A stretch of DNA of 64,000 nt from Vicugna vicugna (lineage: Eukaryota): NCBI GenBank assembly GCA_013265495.1, contig MU057521.1, forward strand, positions 806,001 through 870,000, read 5' to 3'. Positions 37,680 through 51,339 of this stretch are shown here, one piece after another. Made by a program: the position numbers and the translations under genes. The notes below the pieces were generated by a model. The model was given only the letters and a program-made list of their open reading frames with translations. It did no database searches and was not told the origin of the DNA. The stretch's first letter is position 1. Every line of letters begins with the position of its first letter.

Positions 37680-37870
37680 CAATGCGCCAGGCACTGTGCT
37701 AAGGGCTTTATATACATCTTCGTTGAATCCTCCTAACACTCCTAGGATTAGCCCCAATTGTTGCATGAGAAATCGGAAGCTTAGAGAGATAAAGTAATTT
37801 TCCAAATTTCACAATTAGAAAGGGGCAGAGCAAGACCGGAATCCAAGTCAGATGACCCTGGATGTTCTAA
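37680..37870 (-). mobile_element. MIR SINE
   Basis: 'gccaggcactgtgctaagggctttata...aatcctcctaaca...agagagataaagtaatttt'. Confidence 0.75.
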
Positions 37871-39349
37871 ATCTCAGCCTCATCTTTGCACCCCAGCCCC
37901 CGGCATGGTGTTAGGCACAGAGAGGGCCCTCAGTACATGTTTGTCCCATGAATGAAGGCCATAGATTATGTACCTGTTTTGTACCTGCCACTGTGCTTTG
38001 ACGTGAAGAAGCAGTTAATGGTTTATCTAAGATAATATCCATAATTAGAATCTAAGAAACAGTAAGCATATGGCAGAACTAAGTCTAGAATGGATTTTTT
38101 TCTTTTTCTTTTTCTTTTCCTTCTTTTTTTATAAAACTGAATCCCTGACTCTTTCTTTTATCAGCCATGATGACTCAATTGTCCTCTTTGGCTTGGAGAA
38201 GGAATGATTAAGACAAAGTGGGGGAAAAGGATTTCTTTTTTAATGTAACTGAGGAAGACTAAAAAAGAAAAATAAAATCAAAGAGGATGTGGAGTAACCC
38301 ACAGGATGTTAGAGCTGGAAGAGATTAAATTCAGTTGGGCTGCCAAGGAGGAAGCCGCTGTTTCCTCCTTAGGTGGTTTAGGATGCCCCTCCACTTGCCA
38401 AAGCACATGGTGATCACAGATCACCCCGGAGAATGGCCACCACAGGAAACCTCAGCCCAGGGGTCTCAGGTTACTGGGAACCTCCCTCAGCCGCTGGAGG
38501 CAATGGCCAAGGGCTCGGGCTTTGAAACCGGCACCCCCTGGGCTCAGATTCTGTCCCTACCCCTCAGAGACCACATGACCTTGGAAGAAGGACGATGACA
38601 CCCCTGTAAGCAGAGTTTCTTGGCATTTGATGCACAGTACCTATTACATTTCTTATTAATTCTGATTATTTACTAATAAAATACACAATGAAATCTTAAA
38701 AGCATTTTGAAGAGAAGCAGAATCTTCTGTGAAAGTCAACTGACAAACATTCACTATTCAAAGTGCATTTGACATTCTTTGCCGAAGCAAAAAGAAAAGA
38801 GTCACTCCTGAGAGGCCAAAAATCAAGACGTGAATACTCCTCCCCAGACATCCTGGAGCAAGCCAATACGGGGCAATCAACCAAACAGACAAAATTATCT
38901 CCAGACCTGGAGGAGAAACAAATTTCAGGCCAGAACCCTTTCCTAGTTGACACTAATACAGAGTTTAAGCCAACTCTTTCATGAAGAGGAACTGATATTT
39001 ATAACCGAAATAATTATGTCTCTAATTGTTCACCACATATAATGTAAAACCTATAAATAATCACGGTTACAGCATGTGACTTCAGTCACCTCCAAATAAT
39101 TTCACAGTTTTTATAAGATCTGGAATTTAAAAAACCCTCCAGGTATTTATTCTGCCAGAGAAATCTCCCGTGGCATCGACCTGCCTCTCCCAGTCAAGGT
39201 CCTGGAGCAGAGTAGAAGAACCAGTTCAGCTCATTTCTGCCCAGGAGTGAGACACGTTACCTAGTCATAGGAGAAAGGTCACCTAAAGTGAAATTAACTA
39301 AGCAGTCAGGACATAAATCAGAGGGGAAAGAGTCATTCTTATACTTCCC

Positions 39350-39620
39350 TCTCCACGATTCCCATCCAATCTATCAGCAGGTCCTGTCAATTCTCCCATC
39401 AAGACAGAACTTGAATCCCCACCCCACTCCCCGTTACTCCATTTTTGTGGCAAACAGCTTTTCTTCAAATCGATTCTCCATCCAACAGCTAGAGTGATCC
39501 TTTTCGACCTAACCTCTTCTCACTGCACTGCTTTAACTCTTCAATTAGCAGAACTCCCGAGTCCCTGTAGAGCCCTGTGCCTCCTGCTCACTCCTCAGTC
39601 ACCCTGGACTTCTCTCAGGT
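39350..39620 (+). mobile_element. L2 fragments
   Basis: 'catccaatctatcagcaggtcctgtcaattct', 'cagctagagtgatccttt'. Confidence 0.55.
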
Positions 39621-42429
39621 TCTCACAGGACACAGAGCGGGTCAGTAAACTCAGGGCGAACGTTTGAATAAAGCAATGTGCATGGTTGACTTGGAAAGAA
39701 GAAAAGAAGAGGCAGGGGTGAACAGGTCCTAGCATCAACCACCAAGATAATGATTTTCCTGGGAGAGGAGACAATATTTAACAAGTTGTCAACAGAGGCA
39801 GGAAAACTCAAAACCAAGCATTTTTACTTAAAATAGAAATTCTGCAGGCTGTCTTTCGCTGTTTGGTAAACTACTCACAATAGACTCAAGAGAACACTCA
39901 AATGGAGGGGTGAGCTCACAATGCTGGGTGAAGACCCCTTTTGTGCACATTCTTCATGTTTGTCAGCTCAAAAGAGCAGATGACTTGATGGCAGGGACAA
40001 AGGAATCACTGCTGAGAAGTAGCTACATGGTGTTGATTTGTGTGTGTGTTTTCTGAGCTTTCTCAGGAACAAAAATAGGCTATTTTTGCCTGAACTTGTG
40101 AGCGCTCACCTACCACCCCAGGTCTCTCTTTTTTTCACCGTTGGCTTCGTTGCTTGTTCGTTTTCCACCTGTTCAACTGATAGACATGGAAGTCATCAGA
40201 GGTCACTCCTGGCAACGTTTAGGATGCAGGACTTAGGCCCGCTAAGGTGATAACCAAGATTCCCTCCCAAGGAGAGCCTCAGAAAGAGGAGATCGCTTTC
40301 CAAATCCTGGCCCAATGGTTCTATATTCCAGAAGTTATTAATTTTCTCTGCTCCCACCACAGGAAAATGTTTGGTCTCAAGGGAAACAAGCCAATTAAGC
40401 AGTCGCTTAAGGGGGAAACCAAAATAAGTTAGGAAATTTTAATGGAGCCACTAACTCTTCCTCCTGAACTCTAATGAGGACCAGATGCAGATGGAAATCC
40501 AGCCCGGAGATGCCATCAGTGTCAGTCACGGAAGCCAATGACACACAGCCTTATGCCGTTCATCAGCCTCAGCTGAGAGGAGGCTGCCCTCTGACAGCGC
40601 TCCGGGGGACAGAAGGTAAAGTTGGGCAGTGTCCTAAGCCGCAGAGGGCATGCTAGGTAGGCTGTGAGCACTCGGGCTGCTGGAACCCAGTATCCAGGTC
40701 CTTCGCCTGCTGTCTCCCTCGCACAGCGGGGTCCCCCCAGCTGGGAGTGCCGGGCTCGCTGCTTCCGCCTGACGGAACATTCTCGGCCTGCTGTGCTTCT
40801 CATTATCCTCACCGACTCCCTCAAAGTCCAGCCCTGCCCAGGCTCCGCAGGGGTTGGGATCAAACTGGTAAGATATGTTCAGAATTCAGTGTAATAAAAA
40901 GTGGTGCGACTTTCTAAAATGTTCCAATGAAATGGAAAAGAAAATTAAAAATTTAAGCCTCTTAAAATGTAAATGGTGCCAGTGTGCCTCGCATTTTGGA
41001 CTCTTGCCCATTAAAAAAAAAAAAAGAAAGAAAGAAAGGAAGGAAGAAAAAAGAAATCCAGAGAGCTGAGTCTTATGAGATGAAGTACAAAGAATTCTAA
41101 GCATGCTATAAGATCAGCCACGACCTGGGGCCTCCCTGTCCCCATTGGTTTCATGTCACCCATCCTACCCTTCCCACAAGGTTGCTCTTAGCACAAATCA
41201 TGCTGATAACCCTACAAGCTCCCTTGAAAGGTAAGAAGTGCTTCTGTAAATGCCTGTTGTTCTTAGTTTAAGCAATTAGCTCTCTATCTGAAATGGAGGG
41301 AAAGAGTCGCTTTTGTCAGAGCATAATGTTTCAAGGCACTTCCACCTGCCTCCCCGCAAAAGATACACATTAATTTCTCTCACGTGAGTGAGGAGGCAAT
41401 GCCTATGACTGGGTCACTTCCCTTGGATGGTGACCACATGTCTCGCCGCCTTTGATTCAGCAATTCTTTCTCACAGTAACCAATCTTGGATACTCCTGTG
41501 GTGTCATGCTTTCATCTTAATAGAATAGGTGCCCTCTCTGACCAGGGTGCCCCCAGAAATCTTCAAAGGCAGAGCCCAGTATCTTCACTGTAATAGAGCC
41601 CAGACAGAATTAAATGCTTCTTCTAACACCGCACCACATTCTGGGGCTGAACATCTATTTAGCATGTCATTCGTGCTGCCCTGGACATTCGTGTCCTTGT
41701 AGGCTGGGGGACCCAGGCCCCCCGACACGAGGTCTTCCTTGACTTTGTTTTCCTCCAGATGACCAGCCCAGTGCCCAGCACATACTAGGAACTTGATCAA
41801 ATTTCCCCTTGATTGAACATAATTCTCTCTCTCTCTCTTTTTTTTTTACGTGACTCTTTTCAGTTCTAGTCGTAACAGCTAAAAACAATATTTTGCTGCT
41901 GCACAGTTGGAAAACTGGAAATTTGCCATGGAGGTGAGCAGAAATTTCCACAAGGTTATTTTTCTTCCTCGACGTTCAGAAAGCAACACTTCCTGACAAA
42001 TACTATTCTCCTATGTGATGAAAGAATCACAGAGCTGGAGCAGGACTGTCTGGGGGACACACATTTGTTATTGTGACTTTACACAAAAGGACTTTTCCAT
42101 CTCTCTAGCCCAGGTGGCTTTCAACTGCTCACGTAGTAAATGCTTGTGCAACCAAAAATTGTACTTACTTTGTTGCTTAGCTTTTCCACATTCATTCAAT
42201 AATTATACAATTTCAACAATTCTTATAAATGTGGAAGTAATAAATGGTTGATTAAAATCTTAGGTTAAAAGTAAAATTGTGAACTATGTGTAATATGATG
42301 TTTGTTGTTGTTTTTTATGAATAGAAAAGGTTTGGAAACACAGATACCCTGCTGTCAGTTATGTGGGAAGACAAGAGAATTATGGATACATTTTATTTTA
42401 TGATTTATTTGTACATTTCTTCTGCTTAA

Positions 42430-42660
42430 TAACACTAAAAACTAAAATAATCAAGTACTAAATATGTGCCACACACTGTTTTAAGTGTTTTGCATGTCTT
42501 GATTCTACGTTAGGTTTTATTATTATCCCCATTTTATAGGTGAGAAAACTGAGGCACAAAGCAGGTGGGAACTTGTCCAGGGTCACACAGTAGTAAGTAG
42601 AGCTGTAGCCTGACCCTGCAGTCTGATTTCAGAATCCAACCCATTAACCACTATGCTATA
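42430..42660 (-). mobile_element. MIR SINE
   Basis: 'tattatccccattttataggtgagaaaactgaggcaca...aacttgtccagggtcacacag'. Confidence 0.9.
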
Positions 42661-42764
42661 TTGCTTCTGTACTGATCATTGAAGACTATGAAGAATTACT
42701 GAGTTTTAACAATTTAAATATTTTGGCTAAGCCATGTGACTTTGATTGAGTCATTCATATCAAC

Positions 42765-43386
42765 TCAGGATAATGGAGTACAGAATATAACCTTGCCCCA
42801 AAAAGGTCTGGATTTGCCCTTGACTTCTAGGGGGTAATCCATATAGAAGTGTTTGGGTTTAAAGTGAGGACAGGCCATCCCAGAAAGACCAATGATGTGA
42901 TTTAGGTGACGGCTCTGGGTTATGCCCAGAGGTGGCTCGAGACTGGAAACTGAGATCCACCACATGGCCTATCAATCAATCATGCTTATATAATGGAACC
43001 CCAACAAAAACTCTGAACCCCGAGGCTTGCGTGAGCTGCCCTGGCTGGCAGTACTCCCCGCATATCATCACCCATCAATGCCGGGAGACTGGTGTGTCCT
43101 GACTGCATGGGAAGAGAACAACAGAAGCTTAGCACTGGGAACCGTCCTGGGCGCTGCCCTGAGTGTCTCTTCCTTTGACTATCTTATCTGCAGCCTTTCC
43201 CTGCAATAAACCATAACCACGAACACAGCAGCTTTCAGTGAGTTTTGTGAGTCTCTCGAGCAAATTATCCAATCTGAGCGTGGTTTGGGAACCCCCTGAA
43301 TCTGCAGTTGGATCAGAAGTGCAGGGTGGTCTTGTGTGGTGGGTGACTGCCTCCTCTAAGCTTGTAGTTGGCCCTAAATCCTCACA
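42765..43386 (+). mobile_element. ERVL-class solo LTR (MER68/MER77-like)
   Basis: 'atataaccttgcccc..aaggtctgg', 'caatcaatcatgcttat', 'caataaaccataacc...gtgagttttgtgagtc'; ends in CA. Confidence 0.8.
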
Positions 43387-44199
43387 GTTTTTCAGTTTCC
43401 TCCTTGATAAAATGATATTGAAAGAAAGGATCCTTGAAGTTTCCCGTGGAGCCCAAGAGTGTTACTCTGTCAAGGGTATTTGCATATTAGCAAGGCTCCC
43501 CTGGAGGCTGGAAGACTTAACCCACAGGAGCTCATAGTGAGGAGATGGAGCGGCAGGTGAGCACTGGGGACTGAGTTTCTCCTGCATAGATCACACCACG
43601 CATGTCACTTACAGGTAAAGAGAGCTCACGGGGATGAAGGCAATGGTGGGAGGGGACTCGGGGTTGGGCAGATCCTCTCAGTTCTGAGTCAGTTTCTGTA
43701 TCTAAATAAATTAGCCAGGGGGCGCTGTGCTGCTGTGGGCCGTTTGGCTCAATGCTAGAAAAGTCAGAGACTGTTTCCAAAGTTCTCAAAGGTAAAACTC
43801 CAGTCTGGGGCATTACTTGGCAGCCTCACAGTGTCCTTTGATTTGGCCTGAATTCAACTGTTCCCCGTCTTTGGGGGACCTCCACAAAGGAGTCTCTCAG
43901 CTTAGATACTTCACTCAATTTTTCTTAAAATCTTCAGAATTCTCAGGCACAAGAGGAAATACTCTCAGCAGAGTTGGAAAACCCTTTGTTTTCCCAGGTC
44001 CCAATTTGCCAGTTCCAGGAGGCTGGACCTCACTCAGCTTTGCTTTGCCTACATGCAAAATGAGGGCACCTGTCATGTACTTCAGTCTTGGGTGGAGACC
44101 ACCGTTCCCATATTTATCACCCTACAGACTCCAAGGACACTCTGTCACCTTAGTTCATAACAATAGCTCCTGGTTCACGTCTTAACCATTAGTGATGTT

Positions 44200-44360
44200 A
44201 TTAACAGCAGCTATCTTAACTTGTCCATGCTATACGTTCATAATAATCTCATGTAACCCTCACCATGGCTCAATATAGTAAGTCACCATTATTTGCCCAT
44301 TTCTTTAGAACAGAAAAGTGAGCCTTAAGGAGGTTAAGTAATTTACCCCTGATGACACAG
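44200..44360 (-). mobile_element. MIR fragment
   Basis: 'gaggttaagtaatttaccc..gatgacacag', cut by the adjacent LTR. Confidence 0.6.
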
Positions 44361-44789
44361 TGTACTCAACAGAATAATGGTCCCCCAAAGATGCCCATGT
44401 TTTAATCCCCAGAACCTTTGTGTCACCCTCTTGGCGAAGAGACTTTGCCAGTGTGATTAAGTTGAGCATCTTGAGATGGGGAGATTATCCTGGATTCTTC
44501 AGATGGGTCCAAGTAAAAGGCTGTTTAAAGAGGGAGGCAGGAGGATCAGTGTGACAATAAAAGCGGAGGTTGGAGTGAGGAGAGGAAGGGGCCCCACGTT
44601 GGAGAATGCAGGTGGACACTAGAAGCTGGAAAAGGCAAGGAACAAATTCTCTCCTAGAACCTCCAGAATGAATGCAGCCCCACTGACACCTCAATTTTAG
44701 AACTCTAGAATGGTAAGATAATAAATTTGTGTTGTTTAAAGCCACTAGGCTTGTGGTAATTTGTTACAGTAGCAAGAAGAAACTAAGCA
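44361..44789 (+). mobile_element. MaLR LTR (MLT1D-like)
   Basis: 'cagaataatggtcccccaaagatgcccatg...ctagaagctggaaaaggcaagga...aatttgttacagtagca..agaaactaagca'. Confidence 0.9.
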
Positions 44790-45402
44790 CATGGCTATTA
44801 AGTGGTGGCTTGGTATCACTCAAGTGGTTGCTGTCACTTAAGATAGAAAGTGACCTCAAGTTGTCTGCCTTCAAAGATCAGCTCTTGCCTCAATATCCCC
44901 ATCCTAAGCCATCAGCCCCGTCAGATCCAGAACCCCGACTACCGATCATTTTCAACATCCGGTGGTCACATTTCCACTTCTCCACAGGTTACAGGGAGAC
45001 ACACAGAGGTGTGGGGCCCGGCAGCCAGCAGAGAGACTAAGAGCTCGACCGTGTAGGGCTGGCCAGCGTGCTCAGACGTGCTGAACCTCGGTTCCCTAAC
45101 TTGTAGAGACCATGACGGTGCCAGCCTCCCGGGGATTTTGAAAGGATTCAATGAAATAGTCCAAGTAAATCACTGATGCCTGGCACAGGAAAACACACTA
45201 GAAATATATTATTCTCTTAAACCTTTATTGAGTGCTTAATGTTACCTTCTAGCCTTTTGCAAGGGAGTTTTAACTTCGGAATTTCTGGTTTGCAGTGGAC
45301 CATCACAAGGTTCCATAAACAGAAAAAAAAATTATTTCCTCATTTTTATATAATGCTTTAGGTTTGGGCTCTAGCTATTAGCTGTTATTTCAGAATAAAT
45401 GA

Positions 45403-45836
45403 TGTAGTGGGTTGAACAGTGTCCCTCCAAAACTCGTGTCCACCAAAACCTCAGAATATGACCTCATTTGGAAAGGAAGTCCTTGCGAATGGAATCAAGG
45501 TAGGGGTTGAAATGAGATCACACTGGATTCGGGAGGTCCCTAAGTCCAATGACAGGGTGCTTATAAGAGACAGAAAGGTACACACAGAGGCACTCAGGGA
45601 GAAAACCACGTGACGTGGAAGCAGAGAGTGAAGTGATTCGGCTACAAACCTAGAAACTCCAAGGATACTGGCAACTCCCAGGAGCTAGGAAGAGGCAAAG
45701 GAGCATTCCTCCCCTCCTCTTCAGACACTTTGATTTCAGATTTCCAGCCTCCTGAGTTGTGACAGAAGAAACCTCTGCTGTTTTAAGCCACCAGGTTTGT
45801 GGTCAATTGTTATGGCAGCCCTAGGAAACTGATGCA
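45403..45836 (+). mobile_element. MaLR LTR (MLT1C-like)
   Basis: 'tgtagtgggttgaac...aacctcagaatatgacc'...'ggcagccctaggaaactgatgca'. Confidence 0.9.
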
Positions 45837-48800
45837 GATGGTAATTTGGGGGCCCCTCCAATCACCCCACTCGTGGGAGAGAAGGCTTCATCTACTGCTC
45901 CAGGCTCTCTCCATCCTACCCCAGAAGGAAGAAATATTTCATGTGAAAGAAGACTTCTTCATCTCCACTTTGCAGCAAAGGCACAAGGAAAGCAGAGCAA
46001 AGTCAACAAGGATTACTCATCGGGGTGTAAAGCGTGGTACCAGGCATCCGAGCGGCGGGAGTGTTTCTGCGCTGCTAATTAGCTGCACGGCCTTGAAGGC
46101 ATGACTTAACCCTTTGAGGCTTCCATTTCCTCAGAGTGAGCTAGTTGCACAAAATATCTGCAAGGTCCCTAACATCATAGAACTATTTAGCAAATAGACC
46201 AAAGGGAAGGAAAAAGGAGATCGTGAAGAACACTTGGAATCTCAGCTACATCCTCCTCAGGGAAGAACAGCCCATACAAATGCCTGGACTGATACATTAC
46301 CTCGGGCTTTAGTCATGGTATGATTTTGTGCCTTTAGTCGCTTACTTTGTGGTGCTGATGTAACACATGGTCCTGACAACAGATTGTCCTTTTAATTGTC
46401 TGTGGGAACAGACGCTCCTGTTAACCTGGTAGATTGAAATTGTTTTCAGGGCTACTCACGTTAACATCAGTATCTCAGGAAAAAAATACACTCCGTGTGT
46501 TTCACTCTCCGTCTATTTCAGTTAACTCTTGGTGAAAGCACAAACATAGACGTCTCCCCTCTGCAGGACGTGACCTCTCCCAGTCTTCCTGAGAATCTAC
46601 CTCACCCAACAGGTTAGATCTTGCCTACTCACCTTACAAGCGCTCCATACAAGGTTAGAGGAGATTTAATTAGAGAGCAAAGATAATCTTTCGATCTTTA
46701 GATTGCATATCAAGGATCAAAGTCTCCAAAAACTCTCACAGGCTGTTTGCAATTTTGCACAAACTCCTTGGTAACAGGAAGACACCAAGGTTAGGAAGAG
46801 CTAATTCAGGTTCTGGGCCACGTTAAAGTTTCTCTCCTGCTTAGTCCAAGACCTTTAGCCTGTGTTTACTTCTCGCATTGCCACAGCACTTTCCCCTTTC
46901 CCCCAAATCCTTCTGTGCACAGCAACCCGTGAGCTGCAGTTTTTGTTTTGTGTATATTCTTTTACTGCTTAACTATTTTGTGTCCATTTACACATTCTAC
47001 CTAAAGTATCAGTTGAAATCACCAGCACATTACTTTCTGGTAGATCTTTTAAAATTTTTCTACCATAATTTTCTGTTTAAGGAAAATAACCAATAATGTG
47101 CCTGCTTACACAGCAGGAAAGGCATTGAGAGTGTCGATGCTGATAAATTGCGCTGAGTGAATCAGTGTGGAAACCCGAAGACTCTGGAAAATCACCTGAA
47201 GGAAGAAGCTCTCTAGAAAAGGGATTCGACTGTTACTGTGAACTCCTTGACGTTTTTAAACACACCAGACAAAACTGAAAACATGAATGTAAAAGAAAAT
47301 AGATTATCTAATAAAACCACTTGAGAAGAAAAGTATATAGTGAGCAAAAATGTGACAAGTCCTTCCGAGTGACAATGGAGACGGGGAGGTGGGAAGTTTG
47401 GGGACAGAACGTGCGAACTATAGAAAGGGAGGGGTGACTGCTGTGCAAGTCAGGATCCCCTGTGCATCCTTCTTCCAAAGTTATTAACTCCACCGAGACA
47501 ACTGTGCCAAATATCTGCTCTGGGAAAAGCAAGAGCTTCACTGATAGGCAGGGCCCCCAACCAGCTCTCTCTTGCCTCTCAAGATGTGCCTCTCACGCAG
47601 AGTTCAGAACCAGCCCATCTCCTGTGCAGCCTAGGCCCTACTGAAGCTCGGAAGAAAGCCTGGGTTACTCTAGGACTCCTGTGGTTCTCAAGTCTAGATG
47701 CCAAAGCAGGCCATTCGGCAGCTAGCAGACCCTGGAGGCTAATTTATCAGTGCTCGGAGGATTTTTTTGGAAGGTATAAATGAATGTCACTCTTTGAGCC
47801 CCAGGAACACAGCTCCCCAAATATGAATCATTGTGCTAACCCAGCGTAGGAGTCCATGTGGCGTGGGCTCCATTATTTGTCCTGGGCCCAAGAGAGGAAG
47901 CAATGATATATTTAAAGCAGGGTGTTTTCAGAGAGAGCATTAACACAGTGAATTATATGCAGAATGCAAATGAAAGAACACTGAAAGTGACCTTGAGTTC
48001 TGCAGTTCAAACCAGTTCCCTGTTAACTGAGAGCCACACTGACTGAGAACATCAGGAGCAGAGGTTACAGATGTTCTGTTTATTAAACAGAAAACATTAA
48101 CAACTCAGTTGTACATTGAAACACACTGAGACATGAAAATAAGCACAGGGCCAAGGGGAAAAGTTCAGTGAATTTTCCTGAGCATTTTTTTTTTTTAGTG
48201 CCATGTCATCCCTGACATTTTTTCAACTATAAGTCAAGGAAGAAAATCATAAAAGAATTTTTTTTTTTTGCAGAACTGTTTTTGGTCCTACAAGGTTGAC
48301 AGTTTTAACACAACCCACTCAAGAAACGGCCTGTTGAAATGCAAAGCTATAGGTCATATCTTGGAGTAAGCTGGTAGCACATTTCATCCTTTGGGGACTA
48401 GCAGAAATGGAGACTATTAGAGCTCCAAGGGGCATTTCTGTTTTACAGGAAAGGAAATGGAGAACCAAGAAATTCAAATGACTTGCCCAAGATAGTGATG
48501 GAGGTGAGCCTTGAACTGTTCATGCACAGACCATGTGCCTTAAAGCCATGAGTTGTCACTCATCACCCTTATAAGGCTTGGGCTAGGGGTAGAGAAAATG
48601 GAAGACCACCCCTGCGGAGTTACCCCCGAGTAACTGTAAGCATGCTACACTAATTAAACCCCAACTTCTGACAAGTCAGGTTAGCAAAGTCTGCACTGTG
48701 TATAGGACTGGAGTGTTATGTACAGATTTGACAAAAGCTCGGCACACCACCTGAAATGGTCCACAGCTGCAGGCGGAAGTTGCTCCGCCCCCTCCCTTCA

Positions 48801-51339
48801 CCTAGACCTCTAAATTACATCTATGAAATTTCTTTCTGCTTTGAAAATGGACTCAGTGAAGTGCCAGCACCGGGTTCAAGTGGCTCCCTGAGTGCTTTGT
48901 CCTCTGGCAGGAATCCTCTTCCTGCCTCTCCATTGAATGAAACCCACTGCATACACTGAGCAGCCCAGGCAGGGCAGACAGCCTCTAACCAGACAGATTC
49001 AAAGGCTTAAAACATGATCTCCATCCACAGGCGTTCACACTCAGCTTCTTTGCCTTTCAGTGACAGACACAAATCAGTCTGTCTGGCAGGCCTGGAGTTA
49101 TGTGTCGACAGCAAAAGGTTTCTGCTTGATGGTCATACGTCCACTGAAGGGACCAAAGAGATTCAGAGGCACAGACAACATTTTGTGAAATTCACCTTTC
49201 AACTTAGAAAAGGTCAGTAGAGAAATCTGAGTTTCTGTCCACTTTTACTGTCTATATAAAAACCATTGCTAGAGTTGAGCCAAGGACAAAATTCTAAAAA
49301 CTAGCCAGCATCTACCTGGAGAAGGTGAACCATGGAACTTGACACCAGGGGTGCTGATATCTAGAAAAGGGGGCATCTCCAGAGCCACAAACATCAATGG
49401 TCTACAAAGGGTTTTCAGAGGGTTATATGCATTCCGTCTAAGCCCAGCCTGCATTTTGAGAATCCAGACATGTCCAACACTTGGTTGCCCTCAGACTGCT
49501 CCTAGGGAAGTAAGGCAACTAAACCCAGAACAGGAAGAGCTTGGTTCACATGGGTTTCAAACCATTATGCCTTCCCTTCCTCTCACTGGCGAGTCTGTGG
49601 ATCCAGCTGGCCCCTGTGGTCAGCAGTTACTACTCCTGTCTCCGAGACCTGCCAGCTCCCACTGGTTCAGGGATCTAGGGAAACCAAGCAGCGGCTGGAC
49701 CAAGAAAAAGCAGCCGCAGAAAGGGCAGCTCCTTAGGATGTTAACACTCAGCCCTGGGGCAGAAGTCCTCTCTCTGAGCTGGTGTTGAACTGAGAAGCAG
49801 ACAAGCATTCTTTTTCATTAAAAAGGTAAAAATCTTACCCTGACCTGAAAACCTTAATATATCTCAAAAGAGGACCCTGCTGTTTTCCTTGTGTAATCGC
49901 TGATTCAGCCTCTAGGTTATGCATTGATCCAGCGGCTCAGAAGCAGAACTGTGGTTCATGCAAAAATCAGGTCAACAATTAGCAACTGCAGCCGTTCATT
50001 TCGGGCTTCACCAAGCCTGCATTCAGCTGTGTAATGAGAGTGAGTAAAACCTGATTCCTACCTGGACTACCAGATTCACTCTACCCTCTTACAGGGAGCT
50101 GCTTCACAGCTCTGAGTATTTTCCTTCTGTTTATTTATTCTACTGCTGTCCTCTGAAGTGAGAACCTTAGCTGTAGACTTAGGAGCTGGGTACTGGTAAG
50201 CTCCCTTCCCCAAAAAGCTTCTTTGAATTGCTTGGTTAGTGAGAGACTAAAAGAAATGTCGAGATGAGGGTTTTTTGGGGAGGGGGGGAAGGACGAGGAA
50301 TCCATGCTTGGATCAGCTAGTGATGCTCAGCTGGGCACAAAGAGAAGCTCCAGCAGGGTCTTTGACTCCTGCCCAGCTGTAGTCCAGGTTCCTGATGGGC
50401 GTGTGCAGAGAAGACACATAAACAGTCCACACGGTATTATTGGCCAACGTTTTGGCCATAAATCTGTAGGCAGTTCCCAACCTGATGAGCTGGTTGGGAC
50501 CACAAGCGAGCAAGGTCCCTTCTGCTTAGATCAGATGAAGGCTTGAGCACCATTCATCCTGCATGCATCCTTTGATTGGACAACTCCATGGGGATTTTTA
50601 GGGCAGAGGTCTTCTCCCAAGCAGAGGGAGTCCCAGGCTCAGCACAGAATTAAGAAAAAGAAGGGGATAGAGATATAGAGACAGAAAGATAGGAGTGACA
50701 GAAGTTTAGATAATGATATGCCACATTATGTTGAGCTGTATACATAGAAGGGATATAGAATTAAGAAAAAGAAGGAAGATATACTATGTATGTATATATT
50801 CCAAAGATATATATAGATATTCCAAAGAGATGGAATGTCATACCCAAAAGATGACTTTCCAGAGTGAAGCAAGAGCTTCTGCTCCTTTCCTTTGCTGCTT
50901 CACAGCTCAACATCATGGTCTCTTGTGCCCTGAATCCACATCAGAGCTTCTCAGCAGAGAATCTCAACCTCAGGGGAGTGGACAGGTGGTGGGCTTCACA
51001 CTGCTTGAGAGACCTGAAGAGCCTGGCCTGATTTCTGAGACTAGAGGAGCCCTGAGTAGGGGAAGGAAGAAAAGCGTATTCAGGAACCAGAGGAGGAAGA
51101 CGAAAGTGACCAGCTGTAACCAGCAGTTTCAATCAGAAGAGACCTGACAGAAGAGCCCGGTGAGAACTTCAGCGTAACAGGAACGAGAGTCCTCAAAGAG
51201 ATCAAATTAGGCAAATAAAAAAGACTTTGTGAAACCCCAAATATATCATATTAATTTTTACTTAAAAACTAAAATTTCTCATTTAATTTTCGTCTGATTT
51301 TATACTTAGTCATTTAATAGACAACTTGTAAAAGTGAAT

